64,000 bases of DNA, from contig OX597816.1 in assembly GCA_951406725.2 (NCBI GenBank), positions 94,364,001 through 94,428,000 of the forward strand, written 5' to 3'. The translations under genes were made by a program, and so were the position numbers. The notes beneath the pieces were generated by a model that was not told the DNA's origin, did no database searches, and saw only the letters and a list, made by a program, of their open reading frames with translations. Shown in pieces: positions 62,605-64,000 of the stretch (position 1 is the first letter of the stretch; each line of letters opens with the position of its first letter). This stretch comes from Octopus vulgaris. Lineage: Eukaryota.

Positions 62605-64000
62605 CTGTAAATATATGTAAGACATATTTTTGAAAAAGTGAAACTATTTGAAACCAATGATGTTGAAATTTCCATACAAATTTTTGCAGAGTTTATATGA
62701 TTTAATATTGTTGTAAGTAAAACGTGTAACAAGATAGTTGTTGGTTGTCTACCAGCTTATTACTTTTCAGATACAGAGTCCCTTACCAGCTGCAAGGCAG
62801 GTTGTTTTTTATGTATCATCATTTAACATCCCCTATTTCATGCTGAGATTTATTGGATAGTCTGAAAAGTAGTCAAACCAGAAGATTCCACCAAGTTCTA
62901 TGTCTGCTTTGACATGGTTTCTACAGCTGGATGCCTTTCCTAATGCCAACCACTTTACAAAATGTTCTGGGAGCTTTTTACATGGTACCAGTAATCACAG
63001 GATAAGATCTCTCAAGTGAGTTAGTGTAGACCATAGGGATAAGAAGCTATGATGGGAGGATAGGAACATGTGTCCACCTGGAGAGAGAGTAGAATAAAAG
63101 GATGCAAGGTCCAGGTGCAAGGTGTGTGTGTATGTATGTATATACACACACATTTATGAGGAAGAGGCTGTGACCATGACCTTTTCAGGCCTTTCAAGAC
63201 TGAAAAGTTTGATATGTTCATTTTCTTTTTTAAACGTTTACAAGAAAGATATGATCAGGAAGAAAATCCTAAAGGCCCATTGTTCTAGGGAGGAAAGATT
63301 GGGCATAGTGGTCAATGCAGAGTCAGTATGGCTGGATGCAACAAAGGTGAGGAGAGCTGGCGAGACAAAGACAAGAGGAGTGCCTGCTTAAGGGAGGGGA
63401 GATGTAATCAACCAACTCTGAAGAACACAGGCCATTATAAAGAGTTTATATTCTTAAGAAGATAGATGTATTAACATTGAACGGTAATGAAAACAATAGA
63501 AATAATCGTCAGAAAACTAAAGAACTATTGGAATCATAGCCACTGAGGCATCCAGAGTGAAATACAAGCTGGTGATTTTTCAAGTAGCCACCAGAGCAAT
63601 ATCAGATCAATAAAATTCTAAACTAGATACTATTTCTCTTGTTTCATTTACTTGAGAGGCTATATATATAGTTTTACTGAACTTGCTTGAAATGAAACTG
63701 AATAACCCTTACCATCTTAAAGAAAGGACACATTGGACACTCTAACACTGTATGGTAACCAATAGCTGGAACTTGGCTCAGCACTCAAGAAAATTGTCCA
63801 AATGCAAATTCAGAGTAAATTAGGCATAAACAATGATGTAATTTGTTTGTAGAAATTTTTAGATTTTCACAAGATTTTCGGTAGAATTTTAAGACATTCC
63901 AGTTTTGAAGAAAATCCAGTTTCTATGTATATTTGTATGTTACACCATGTCTCATTGCAAAAAAAAAAAAAGAAGCAGAAAACAAAAATGTATGGATCCA

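Overview
AT-rich, repeat-dense animal genomic DNA. The SINE families, (TATG)n/(TA)n microsatellites and the RTE LINE suggest a coleoid cephalopod (octopus-like); this is inference. Most listed ORFs are spurious. Three spliced host genes were reconstructed by hand. (1) A minus-strand secreted astacin metalloprotease (signal peptide, pro-peptide, RSKR furin site, HELGHAIGLFH, SIMHY Met-turn, Cys-rich module, ShKT) with 10 exons found over 46339-4721, continuing off the left edge. The donor after its catalytic exon reads TT instead of GT, and one pro-peptide exon could not be found. (2) The last three ShKT exons of a probable paralogue (62604-58300). (3) An orphan, internally incomplete 3' fragment of TTC21B/IFT139 (+, 56134-57796), facing that paralogue. 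The rest is transposon debris: RTE, CR1-like, CRE-like and RLE-type LINEs, mariner/Tc1, pogo/Tigger, piggyBac, Chapaev3-like, Helitrons, a solo LTR, MITEs and SINEs. The most unusual signal is at 48834-48910: a complete hammerhead ribozyme core whose three strands lie in reversed, non-circularly permuted order, apparently closed by a kink-turn, inside an ~800-nt direct-repeat-bounded element. Several minimal Penelope-type hammerheads also occur beside (TA)n tracts. All calls are by eye; no database search or folding was run.
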